A stretch of 32,000 nucleotides of DNA. Source: Zygophlyctis sp. KS116. Lineage: Eukaryota > Fungi > Chytridiomycota. Each line of letters begins with the position of its first letter. Positions within the stretch are counted from its first letter, which is position 1. The stretch lies in assembly GCA_054661495.1 (NCBI GenBank), contig BAAFSQ010000055.1, positions 1 through 32,000 of the forward strand. The letters run 5' to 3'. The notes under the pieces were generated by a model, which searched no databases, was not told the DNA's origin, and saw nothing but the letters and a program-made list of their open reading frames with translations. Positions 20,423 through 32,000 of the stretch are shown here, one piece after another. Made by a program: the position numbers and the translations under genes.

Positions 20423-21055
20423 ATGCCTAGAACAGGATCAAATCAAGTTATTGATCTTACACAAGACGAAGAATCATTATCGGACTTGCAGTATGCGATG
20501 CTATTACAAGACCAGGAAATTGCACACGCCGAGAGTATAATCGCTGATCCCGATAATCGGTTGTTCTTTTTAAATGCATCATCATCCAGATCATCTAGAA
20601 GTGAGAGATCCGATGGACCAGATAGATCAAGAGATAGGAGGAATCATCGGTCTTTTAGATATCAGCCATTTCCAGTCATGCAGGCTCCAGAGTATTTTGA
20701 TGATAGTTACGAAGTATACATTTTACTCTAAATTGTTAGGCATTAATAGATCTAAGTGAAAGGATTGGAAGTGCTCGGCCAAAGGGAATTCCTCAGTCTC
20801 AGTTAGAATTATTACCGTCTAGAATGATCATTTCTGAAGAAGGTAGTTGCAGTATATGTCTGGGTGATTATGAAATAGGAGATATGGTCAAGGGACTCCC
20901 TTGTACTCATTGGTATCATATAGATTGCATTCAAAAATGGTTGGCAGAGTCACGGTTTTGTCCAGTGTATGTTTTAGATTCCTGAATCGCATTTTTTAAT
21001 TCTAATTTATAGGTGTAGATTGGATATAAAGACTACGCTTTCTCCAAATGAATAG
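20423..21055 (+). CDS. Small RING-H2 E3 ligase (RNF38/44/111/165-like) with N-terminal SIM
   Basis: VIDLT, SYE|ALIDLSERIG, CSIC...LPCTHWYHIDCIQKWL...CPV|CR; introns of 26 and 46 nt. Confidence 0.88.
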
Positions 21056-23019
21056 GAACAGAATTATTATCACCAGTTAATGCCATAAAATACATGCTGG
21101 AAAATACGAGCAGATGCAAACTAGACAAATATCCAATAAATATCCATCTTGCAATACGATTAGATACGATAAGCTGAGTTACTATCAAGACTAATCTTTC
21201 GGCTGGGTTCATAGATTTGATTCGTTTACTTGCTTCCTAAAATTAGTACATTAATAAAAGTACTTCCTTGTTGAAATTTTTGAATGGGTCAAGAGAGGTT
21301 TCATACACTGTTTTATAACGATTTATAACTTCTTCAGAGTCATTTATGGAGAGTCCAATATACTAAAATATAAAAAAAAGGAAATATTACATCAAAACTA
21401 TTTCTTCGTCCCCTAGAATCATTAAAGGATTCCATATATCTAATTTTTTCATAAAGTTTGACATTATCAGATCCAAGACTAGAGAGTCTATTCTCTAATC
21501 CTTGTATTTTCATTAGCAAATTACGATTTTTCTGTATTTAGTATTTGTAATTGCTTACTTCTTCTAATTCTTCATTTCGAGCTCTAAAGCGGTCTCTTTG
21601 ACTTGTTAGTATTGGAACAATATCACTCTTGTTGGAAGATTGATAGCCTGAAATGTGAGAGCCACCAGACAATAGTGCCTCTAAATCATTCTATAAAGTT
21701 TTAAAATCTAAATTACCACTTTTGGAGATATGGGGGATTTCGAATCTAAAACTTGGTTCAATTTTACCACGTCTGCCTCTAAGTTTTCCACTAATGTAGT
21801 CAGTGAAATAACTCTTGATTCAGACTTTGAAAGTGATTCCTTCAATTTTGCTATTTTTTCATCTTGTTCTTCTCTTAAATGCTTCATTTCCATAAGCTGC
21901 CCTTGCAACTTTTTATTTTTTTGTGAAAGTAACTGCTCTATGGAAAGATTTTCAGAACCATCTTCATTGTCTAATTCAATTGTTTTTATAACTGATAATT
22001 GCTGCTTGAGTTCATCATAGTCTTTTTTCCCCTCTAATTCACGTCCAACATCTTTTAATTGAATTTCAAATTCTTTTATGAGAGACAGATCTTTTTGCCT
22101 AAAGTTCTCATACTCTTCTGTTTTCTCCTTGAGCAAGAGCCTTGAATTTTCTAAACCTTGCTCACATTCATCTAATTTAGCCTAATTTTTAACAAATATT
22201 TAAAAACCTTGAATTGTTCAATTTTACAATAAGCGTCTTTCAGCTCTGCATCCAAAGTATTTGAATTTTTCATTTCCTCGATTTCCTTGACCAGATTATC
22301 CTAAAGATTTTAGCTACAATAAGTACTCTTTCAATCCTCAACTCAAGTGCCCGTTGTTCACTTGTATCTAACTTATCCAATAGACTTTCCAATTTCAGTT
22401 TAGATTCATCCGAATCATTTGTTTCGCGATTCACAAATTTTTCAGTCAAGTTATTGTTTATCGATTTCAATTCTGTTAATTCTTTTCGTGAAACTTCCAA
22501 TGATCGTTCTAACCCATGTATAGATTCCTTGTAAATTAGAGTATTTCTTTCAATTTCTTTTTTGTAGTCATCCTTTTCCTTTTGCAATTCAGACTTTAAA
22601 CTTGCTATTTCCTCATTGAGCCCTTCTACTAACCCTGAAGACACCCCCATTTGTTCCAATCTTGCATTCTCGCTCTTCAACTCTTCAATATCTGAGAGAC
22701 TTGTCTGCAATTTTATCAAGAATGGTACGGGATCTGGTAATGAATCGCAACGTTTAATAAAAGCGATGCATGTCTTAAAAGAGTGATTGTAATCATCAAT
22801 TTCCTTTTGATATTTTGTGATTAGAGGTTTGACTTGGCCGTCCCATAACTCCTTGTCCATACTCTTTTTAAGGTTTTTTGTGTCTACGCTTCAGTTTGTT
22901 AAAATACCTAAAGCCAACGCTCGAAGTGCAGCATTTTTCTCGTTGAATAGTATGTCACCAGAGAGCTGACTGATACTATTGAGCCAATTGAACTCTCTCC
23001 ACTTCTCAACAGACTCCAT
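21033..23019 (-). CDS. COY1: Golgin CASP/Coy1
   Basis: VKPLITKYQKEID...LPDPVPFL, ILTSQRDRFRARNEELE, DNVKLYEKIRY, LDPFKNF and C-terminal TM containing Y and H (GYLSSLHLLVF); multiple short introns. Confidence 0.92.
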
Positions 23020-23037
23020 TTAAGCTTTGTAAAATTT

Positions 23038-25112
23038 TTAAGAATTTAAGCTTTTATTAACATCAGTAAACTCGCTAGTCAATGTCTCCAAGGTATTTGA
23101 TACATGCTGTTGGAAATTAAATACTTGAACTAGTCCAGTCACGACTTGATTTAAAAGCTTTTCTTTTTGTTCCGTGTATTTTCGAGTTAAAGAGTCGTAT
23201 TCAACAGCTGATTTTTGGGCTTTTTGTTGCGATGTAACCAATAAATTGTTGGTTTCAATCTTGAGTCTAGAAATTTGACGATCGTAATTTTCAATTTCTT
23301 CAGTCGTGGCTGTTAATAAAAGTCCAATATGCTAGGTTGTAAGTATACAAAATTTACTTGTTTTTCTTCCTTGTATCTCAATGAAAGACCTTGAATTCGA
23401 CTTTCCATATTGACTACTTCTTCTTCTTTTTGAGATAAATTCCATGAGATGGCATCAATAGATTCTTGAAGCATTAGAATTTCATTTTGAGTCTTGTGAA
23501 AGTCTTGTTTGTAGTTTTGCTTCAGGGCTGATAATACAGGCTAGAGTTATTTGACGTGGATTTTACCTTTACTCCCGATTTTAAATCAAGTGAGACCATT
23601 TTTTCAGGGGTAGAGGCATTGATTTGTAGCTCTAATTCACGACTTACAGCTTTGAGCTCTGATAACTGACTGCCCAGAATTCCCAATCTGAATGCTCCAG
23701 TATTATACTCTTGGACAAGTTTTTCTAGCTAAAAATAATTAAAAAGAATAATTACATGATCCATTTTCTTTTGAATTTGAATTTCATTGTCCCAAATCTC
23801 TTTATTGACTTCATCAAGCTTTGCAGAAACAATTTCTAAAGATTTGACCAATTGATCACGTTCAGAATTCATTCGATCAACATCTGCTGGGGATATTTCT
23901 TGTGCATCAACTGTTGCTTGCAAGTCAATTTTTTCTTGAGCCAATGCATTAACATCTGCATCTATTTTTTAAAATATCAATTAATACCAAGTATATCTAA
24001 ATCAGCCCCAATAGCCAAGATTGAATCATGAAGTTTTTGCTGTTCAGACTCCATCTGGCAAATTGTATCTTTTAGTTTCTCTCCTTCATTTTCGAGCCGA
24101 TCTTGCTCATTTTGAATTCGCACTAAAGGAGTCTTTAATTAACTTTAATTAAACATCATACATCAGTCCCACTAAGAGTTTCCCATTCACTTTCAAGAGT
24201 TTTAATATCCATTTTCAACTTATCAATATCGCGAATCACTTGCTCATTCTTCTTCTCTAACCTTTTAAACTTTAAAATTACCAAAACTTTTAATTAAATC
24301 ATCATCAGTTTCCGTATCAATTCTTTCTCCTGTTTCTAAAAACGTAGCATAAGTTTTCTTTAAATAATCAAAAAATATCCGTTCGGACAATTGAATATCA
24401 TCCAGAGGCCCATCTCCCATATATGGATCTTTAGAGTCCAACTTTTCACAACACTTGAATTTAATAAAAATTATTTTACCAAAATAAGTTCCATCATCCA
24501 CATTAGTGTTGCCAAGAGTGTAGGCCATGCATGCAAGGATCCAGCAGAATAAATAATTGACTTTGAGATCCCATCTGCATAAGGATATCTAATTATTAGA
24601 GTATTCTTAATACCTTAGAGACTTTAGTACATGAGTAACATCCTCTTCAATTTTTTTATTGAATGGATAGTCTGGATCCAGTTGCCCATACAAAAATTTA
24701 AAAATCATTTGAAAATCCTTTGACGACGGTGTTTGTAATGATTTAAAAGAAATAGATGATGCATTATATCCACATTGAACCAAGAAAGAAATCAATGAAC
24801 GAATTGCATTCGACTGCCAAGACTTTTCACGAATTGGCCGTGGATCCTTTGAAGGAAACGCAGATCCAAACTGCGACGACCGTTTACTTTATCATAAAAT
24901 AATAAATTATACCCAAAATTACTTTCTCTTTTCTTACTTATCCCTACAGCCGCCATAGAATCAGTTAAAGAGTTTATATTAGACTTTCTACTAGACTTTC
25001 CCGGCGCCAGAGACAAACGTGAATTCACATAGTTTTTACCATTATTATTATACATTGGTAAATTAGTTGCATCGGACAGGACAGAGGAAGCTAAAGTTGA
25101 ACGTCTCTTCAT
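23038..25112 (-). CDS. NDC80: Kinetochore protein Ndc80/Hec1
   Basis: DPRPIREK, PSSKDFQMIFKFLY, LRYPYA, HAWPTLLATLMWM, ISPADVDRMNSER; multiple short introns. Confidence 0.95.
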
Positions 25113-25176
25113 TATCACAGGAAATGGAAACGGAAATTAAAACACTAAAATCTTTTAATACTTTTAATCTATAAAG

Positions 25177-25835
25177 TTAAATGACTGGTTTGAGAGACTT
25201 CCATAGTCCATCTCCTAAAAAATGAATCACTTGTATTCCTATTCCTTGATTTGATGATTTTCTAAATGATTAAATATTAAAACAGTACATGTCATTAATA
25301 GATTTTACTAATTTCCCTATTGCTAATGCATGTTCCTTACCTTGTGCATTAACCATTACAATTGTCCCAACAGGTAAATCCATCTCTGGTAATCTACCGC
25401 CTAGCATTACAAAGTAGAAAAATACCAGCAGACGTTAATCCAGGACACATTATATCAGCGCCTTTTAGAATAAACTTTATTGCTCCTCTGTCAACTTGTA
25501 CACTTGGTAATATATCAGGATCTGCCATTATAAATACTAAAATACATTTATGAACCAACTTTAAGACTGGGATCCATGCATTATCTTGATCCAATTGCAA
25601 AATCAAAAAATCTTCTTCTGATCTAGACCAGATGTGATAATCTATATTCTTTTGAAGAAATATCGGACTCTTTTTAGGAAATAAGTCATCCAAGTATTCA
25701 GTGATTCTATAATTGATAAAATAGAAATTACGATGGGAAAGCGGTAGAGAGATCTTTTTTTAAATTTCTTAAACTGGACGATTTTAGCTGTGTAGACGAT
25801 GATATGTCAGACTTTGGACTAAACTTTTTAAACAT
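25177..25835 (-). CDS. TMA20: Translation machinery-associated protein Tma20/MCT-1 (PUA domain)
   Basis: MFKKF start, LKLVHKYPD, VDRGAIKFILKGADIMCPGLTS, GDGLWK; short introns. Confidence 0.93.
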
Positions 25836-25877
25836 TTTCAACCCAAATCTTGACCTAAAATGAGCGCAACTCTTGCT

Positions 25878-27548
25878 CTATTTTGATGCTAGTCCTGAAA
25901 AAAATGGGAGATTTAACAATTCTGTATCATGTCTAAATCCTTTTTCTTCTAGTAAATAGTTTATAGCCAATGTAGAATTAGATTCCATGGCTAATGCAAG
26001 AATTTCAAATCTGTTTTCTCTTTTACTAAGATCAATATGTTCTAGTAAATATTTGAAAAGATTCATGTTTATATCTTGAAAAAGATTTCTGAAAACTTCT
26101 ATAGTAGGCGTTATATGTATCTCTTCAACTAGGTACTTTACAATTGAGAATGTTCGATCTAGAAAACTATTCACGGCTGAAATTAAAATTCCAGTATCAA
26201 AGATTGCATCATTTTCTGAATAGAGTCTGCTTTGATCCATTTCAACAATTTGAGTCAAATATTTTACTACTTTTAAACCTCCAGAATCTACTGCATTGAT
26301 TAAAGTTGATTTTGAGATTTTGATTCTGGATTTTTCAATCAAGTATTTTAAGATATTTAAATGTCCAAAAGAAGCCGCATCATCTAAATTTTCTTGATCT
26401 GGAATAATTCCAACTTTTTCTACAAGATATGTAAATATTGTGAGTTTTCCACCAATTCCAGCAATAGTCAGAGATACTTTTGTAGCTTCAATGTTTTGAT
26501 TTTCAATTAAATACCGTAACATGGGTAATGAATCTCTTCCAATAGCTATATGTAACAATAGTACACCTGGACGAAGATTGTAGTTGTTTATAAGGAATTT
26601 CATCAATTCTAAATTATCTGATGCAACTGTGTCAGACAGAATATTAGGGTAAATCCCAACATTTCTTTCCAATAATAAATAAAATATAACTGGATTATAA
26701 CCACCATCAATTGCAGAAGAAAGAGTTTCAGCATCTGGAACAAGTCCTCTTTTTTCTATAAGATATAAAATGACATGTTCAAGCCCCATTATAGCTGCAG
26801 TATTTAAATGATCATTATCCAATTCAAAACCTTTTTGATCTACCAAATAGTCTATAACCTTGAAGTTTTGTTTATATATCAGTGATTTAATCCAGAATTT
26901 TTTCTTTAAAGCCGACATTTCAGCAACTTTATTGATTGAATCATACAAGTAATCTGCTATATTCAAAGCCTTTAGTCTAACTGCAACTTCAACAGTTTCT
27001 AATGAAGGTGTAGCCCCTATTGTCTCTACTAGATACTGAACCATATGAGAATTTTTATGATAAATAGCATTAACAAATGCAGAATCAGTTATCCAACACC
27101 CTCTATCAACAAGTATTTTCACAATATCAGTATTATCCATTAAAACTGCATGAACAACTGCCAGACAATTTGATTTCTTAAAATTAATTGTAGGATTTTC
27201 CAATAGTTTAAGCAAAACTTTTAATTTCAATGGAATATGAATTGGAATATTAAACCAATATTCTAGCGCCCGATCCTTCCCTTTATCCAAAAAAGCATTA
27301 TGTAATGCTAATGCATTGAGAGAATCTCCTAATATAGCCTCATTTTTATGAAAATAAGCAGTAGCAAGATTATATGCAGAGATCAATGGTAATTTCTTCA
27401 TTATTTCAACCGCCACATCCTCTGATATTCTGGGCATGGAAGAGGTAATTTTGACTTTTTTAAGAAGAGGCTCTTTGATCGCATCTAAAGAATTAGTAGG
27501 AGCTCCAATGACTTGAATGCACAAGAATATTAACCAATTGTAAATCAT
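25878..27548 (-). CDS. Intronless secreted ankyrin-like repeat protein
   Basis: MIYNWLIFLCIQVIG-AP signal peptide; many ~27-28-aa repeats such as AASFGHLNILKYLIE and AVDSGGLKVVKYL. Confidence 0.8.
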   Translation of the reverse strand: MIYNWLIFLCIQVIGAPTNSLDAIKEPLLKKVKITSSMPRISEDVAVEIMKKLPLISAYNLATAYFHKNEAILGDSLNALALHNAFLDKGKDRALEYWFNIPIHIPLKLKVLLKLLENPTINFKKSNCLAVVHAVLMDNTDIVKILVDRGCWITDSAFVNAIYHKNSHMVQYLVETIGATPSLETVEVAVRLKALNIADYLYDSINKVAEMSALKKKFWIKSLIYKQNFKVIDYLVDQKGFELDNDHLNTAAIMGLEHVILYLIEKRGLVPDAETLSSAIDGGYNPVIFYLLLERNVGIYPNILSDTVASDNLELMKFLINNYNLRPGVLLLHIAIGRDSLPMLRYLIENQNIEATKVSLTIAGIGGKLTIFTYLVEKVGIIPDQENLDDAASFGHLNILKYLIEKSRIKISKSTLINAVDSGGLKVVKYLTQIVEMDQSRLYSENDAIFDTGILISAVNSFLDRTFSIVKYLVEEIHITPTIEVFRNLFQDINMNLFKYLLEHIDLSKRENRFEILALAMESNSTLAINYLLEEKGFRHDTELLNLPFFSGLASK

Positions 27549-27602
27549 GTAGATTTTCAGTAAAAACGGTTGCGTTTCTGGGTCGGTGCCACATAAATTT
27601 TC

Positions 27603-28875
27603 ATGGAACTTCGACAACGCAGGGGAAGCTTTTTAGAGAATCTCAAGGATTTTGATGCATATGCTAAACCACTAGAGGATTTTCAGGTGAAAACTATTTC
27701 AGGTGCTGCAGTCACGATTTGTAGTTTGGTTTTAGTGTTTTTGCTACTCTCATCAGAATTTAATGACTGGCTATCAAGAGAATTTATTCCTTCTATTCGA
27801 ATAGACCCTGGTAGGAAGGAGAAGATGGCTATTTATTTAGATGTCTCCTTTCCTCATATTCCGTGTTTCATGGTTGGGATTGATGTCATGGATACCGCTG
27901 GCGATTATCAAAATGATATACATACTGATATGTTTAAACAAAGGCTAGATAGGTATTATTAAATATTTTAATTCTTAAAGAAATACGGGACAAGTGTTGG
28001 CTGATAAAGTACAGGGCGTGGTGGGAGAAAAGACGCATCATGATCTTGTAGAGGCAAGAAAAAATGGAACTTATTGTGGAGATTGTTATGGGGCTAAAGA
28101 AGGTTGTTGTAATACTTGTGAAGATATTAAAAAGGCATATGAAGAAAAAGGTTGGTCTTTGAAAGATTTAGACACTTATCAGCAGGTATTTTTATTTTTC
28201 AGTTACAATAAAGTGTGTTGATGAAGGAGAGGCACAAAAGTTAAAGGATCAAATGAATGAGGGATGTAATATTCATGGGAAACTGTTGATAAATAAAGTT
28301 GGAGGTAGTATTCATTTTGCTCCTGGAAAGTCTTATACGAAAAATGGAGTTCATGCTCATGATTTAAGTCAGTATATGCGTGGGACTACTTATGATTGGA
28401 CTCACGATATAAAAGAATTAAGATTTGGAGAAAATATTGGTTTTAATAATCCATTGGATAATGTAAAGAAAAAGGTGGAGAGTCGTAAGTTTTGTTTTTT
28501 AATGTTCTAGCTTGGATGAAATTTGACTACTATATTAAAGTAGTTCGAACTGATTTTACTTATTTAAACTCATCTATCATAAGTACTAATCAATTTTCAG
28601 TAACAGAGCATGAAAAGGTAATTCCTACATTTATGGGGCTTCCTCAAGACATGCCTGGTAACTTATTCTTTTAAATAGTAGGTATATTTCTGACTTTGGA
28701 TATCTCACCAATGATGATAACTTATACTGAATATCAGAAGCCTTTTTCACATTTCCTTACTGATACTTGTGCGATTATTGGAGGGATATTTACTATTGCT
28801 GGGCTTGTAGATGGATTTATATATTCTGCCGAAAAGCGGCTTGGGAAAAAAATGGATTTAGGGAAAGCTAGCTAA
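27603..28875 (+). CDS. ERV46: ER-Golgi vesicle protein Erv46/ERGIC3
   Basis: FDAYAKPLEDFQVKT, CGDCYGA...CCNTCED, EGCNIHG...HFAPG, HFLTDTCAIIGG, C-terminal KMDLGKAS. Confidence 0.95.
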
Positions 28876-28894
28876 ACATAATGATGTCTTATTT

Positions 28895-31800
28895 CTATCC
28901 TCTGTGCTGAGAAAATGCTGAATTATTGGATGGATTTCTAATTATTATATTTAATAAAAACATACTGTCCGAATCCTGAATTAAACGATCCACTTCCAAA
29001 ACCAGTTGAAGGTTGTTTTCCTGAGCCAAATATTGACGTATTTTGTTGCCCAGCAGATCCAAATGCAGTAGGGGCATTATTTCCAAATGATCCAAATGAT
29101 GTAGAGGGGGCGGTTGTTGCGGCAAAAGCAGCGAATCCTGATGGTGCAGAAGATCCACTTCCACCAAAAGTATTTCCCGAACCAAAAGAGGATGTTCCAA
29201 AGACACCTTGAGTGCCACCAACGCTATTGTTGAGTAATTATTTATTCTTACTTTGGAAAAGAAGGCTGGGCGAAACCAATTGAAGGAGCATTAGAGCCCA
29301 ATCCTGTTCGTGCACCAAATGCTACGTTTCCTGCCAAAGCTTGACCTGGACCTAACGGGGCTGCAGTAGTAGGGGCAGTATTGAATCCCTGATTACCACT
29401 AAAACCTGTTTGAGACATCCCAGCAAATGATGACGCAGCTGGAGCAGGAGAAGTTGTGTTACCTAGTGCAGCGAAAGAGTTCGAATTAGATGCAGAACCA
29501 AAACTAAAACTACTTTGACCAAACGCAGCTTTGGGAGCAGTCCCGAAACCTTGACTTTGACCGAAAGAAGGTTTATTCACATGTTCTGAAGCATTGGCGT
29601 GAGTTGATTGGCCGAAAACAGGCGTTGATTGACCAAAGGTTGAAGTATTTTGTCCAAATACAGGCGTTGCCTGAGGAAATGAATTATTTGATTGCCCAAA
29701 AACAGGCGTCGATTGAATAAATGAAGAATTTGATTGGCCGAAGGTCGGTGTGAATTGTCCAGCTGAATTATTTCCCCCGAACACTGCAGATTGGCCGAAG
29801 GTCGGCATTGGTGATGCACCTGTATTGGCTGGCGTGGCTGACAAAGACTGACCAAATAAAGGCATAGACTGACCGGCATCTGAGGGTTTTGAAAATGGTG
29901 ATGATTTAGTGTCGCCTTGCCCCAAGTTAGTAATCGCATGTCCAAAACCTGAGCTATTATCGACGGCGCTAGACATTTCCAATTTGCTGCTCGGGGTTGG
30001 AATTTTAGGATTGATTGAAATATTTCCAAAGGGACCCGTATCAGGTAATTTAATAGCAGGTGCAGGAGGCGTTTCTTTCAAATTTTCTTGTTCTAAAGTA
30101 TCTGATAGACGATCAGTCTCTACAGTTTCAGTAAGCTTATTCGTACCTCCAATAGTTAATTCTTCATTATTTGATATTTTTTCCTCCACATTAGCAGAAC
30201 CATCATTCGATCTTGCATTGGAATCTGCCATAGTAGGAGTTTTTAATGAAAAAATACTGGCATCGGCGATCGTTTTTTCTCCAAGATCAAAGATTGGATT
30301 AACACTGTTTTTTGGCTTTGAATCTCCAAACAAATCTAATTTTCCTAAATTGGGCCCCGGGTCGGTCGTATCTTGCTCGACAGTAAGTTCCGATTCATCG
30401 AGATCATCCTCATTAACAAGCTCTCCAGTTGCTACACTTTCATGCGAGGATTCGGATTCAACATCAGAACCATCATTATTTTCTTTGGAAAGTTCTGGTG
30501 TGGTCGTTTGTTCGTGGTAAACAGAAGACTGTTTAGAATCAGGTTCAATACATCCTACATCTTCCTGGTCTTGCTCTACTACTTTTTGGGGCACTACTAA
30601 TGGATCGTTCTTTTGAGCGATTTGAACTGGAGAAAAGCTAAATGATCCTTTTTCAGATGATAAAACAGTTTTCTTTTCGGGTATTTTGAGGTTCTTATTG
30701 GATACCGGTATTTTCGAATTAACAAGGAAGGGATTTTCTGGATCATCTTTAGTCCCGAAACTATCTTTCATTTTAACCGGCAAAGAATTATCTGCCAGTG
30801 GGAAAATGGGCTTGATCGGAACAGTTTCAGAGGAAGGTTTTGCTTTTGGAAAAGGTGAGGTAAATTTATCAAATCCTGCAGAAGATTTTTGAGCCAATAC
30901 TCCAGAAAATGCAGGCTTCATTTGCAGTTCCAACTTTTCGGATGGTGAGGGAGCTGATTCCGACGGCGCTAAATCAGATTTCGTGGCTGAAAATGTCACC
31001 TTCTGTACATGCTTATTTCCTTCATCTAAAGCCGCAATATTAAGAGGCGAAGGCTTTACTTCCGGTTTCAAATATTCATTTTTAGTCGGAGGGGTAGAAT
31101 CCAAGTTTTTAATTTTCTCTTCTAGCGTGGCTCCTGATTGATAGATAATCTGAGGGCTGGTTAAGAGATTTTCCCTCAGGGATTTTCCATCAGATGAATG
31201 TGATGCCTTAAAATCGGACAAATTCTCAATTCCTTGCTCTGCAGAAACGTCTATAATTTCACTCTGAACTGCTTCTTTTTTCACGCTTGGCATCTTTGAA
31301 TTACACCTCGAGAAGGGCTGCGAAAATCGATCACTTGTGAAAAAGGCTATTAACTTTGATTGATATGGGTGATCATTAGAGCCCCCAAGCACTTTCCCAT
31401 GAATTTCTTCAGCAAGTAGATCATCATCTTTGAAGAGACCATATGGAGATTTTGATGGCGAAAATTGTTTAGTAAAGTTTTGAGATTTTTTACGAGAGGA
31501 AACGGACATTTGATTCATCTTTTTTTCCAGATCGTCCAATGATAAATTAGCGTCAATAGCTGCATTTGTGATTCTTTGCACAGTTTTACATAATGTATAC
31601 CAATTCTGCGATTCTCTATTCGTAAAAATCATATATATATACCCGATAATTTTTTTACCCTTCTTCTGACTATCAACACGGTCTCCAAGATCCTCTAGTA
31701 CCCGATTCAAATCTAAAATCGAACTTTCAATTTTCTATGAATTAGAATTCAGATTAGGTTCTTTTTACCTTCTTTTTAATATTTAAGAGCTTTTTAAGCT

Positions 31801-32000
31801 CTTCGGCTTCTGGCCCCAAGGCTTGCCCCAAAGAGTTAGTTGAATTAGAATCTTTCTCGTGATCTTTGGTCTTTAAGGTTCGTAAACGTCTATCCGACTC
31901 TTCCTTTTTAGACCAAGTGTGTAAAAGCTGTGATTTCAATTCTTCAAATTTGGTCTCAACTTCAAATAACGAATCCTGAATCAATCCAATCTTCATACTC
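28895..32000 (-). CDS. NUP214: FG nucleoporin Nup214/Nup159, 5'-partial
   Basis: Coiled coil with LGPEAEEL, long S/P/E-rich linker, PxFGQS and SFG repeats, ending SAFSQHRG after short introns. Confidence 0.8.
29500..29870 (-). repeat. Coding PxFGQS repeats
   Basis: About eight degenerate TP[TV]FGQS units. Confidence 0.8.

Noticed and set aside
15779-25112. Stop-codon reassignment or pseudogenisation to explain fragmented ORFs
   Set aside because: The breaks I traced resolve with GT-AG mini-introns, and long exons (PRP6, CRN) read cleanly in the standard code.
27549-27617. Ankyrin ORF start at 27617 overlapping the ERV46 start
   Set aside because: Met at 27548 gives a clean signal peptide; the extension spans the promoter.
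29909-30520. 203-aa plus-strand ORF and similar antisense ORFs (8348, 12305, 15039, 21730)
   Set aside because: Shadow frames of real genes on the opposite strand, with no motifs.

Overview
AT-rich, very compact eukaryotic DNA read in the standard code, with many tiny GT-AG introns (mostly 23-31 nt) that fragment the supplied ORF track. Ciliary genes (WDR35/IFT121, SCLT1-like), fungal-type housekeeping genes and a Crinkler-type effector suggest a flagellated, chytrid-like fungus (inference). In order: 3' end of a LINE (zf-RVT, 3' UTR, poly-A) inserted antisense into a secreted LRR gene; UPF0014 permease; SCLT1-like gene; an accessory island at about 5.5-10.6 kb (LRR-less and LRR single-pass receptor paralogs, orphan ORF, short gene remnants, CRN-type NTPase-nuclease gene); then a core block of PRP6, a small basic protein split in the ORF track, a coiled-coil protein, WDR35, cytidine deaminase, a SIM-RING-H2 E3, CASP/COY1, NDC80, TMA20/MCT-1, a secreted F-box-like/ankyrin protein, ERV46 and the 3' part of NUP214/159. 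Best leads: one-exon-per-LRR modular receptors, reciprocal CRN/LRR remnants, miniature introns, overlapping or near-touching genes, and candidate host-manipulating effectors. All gene models were spliced by eye and no database searches were run.
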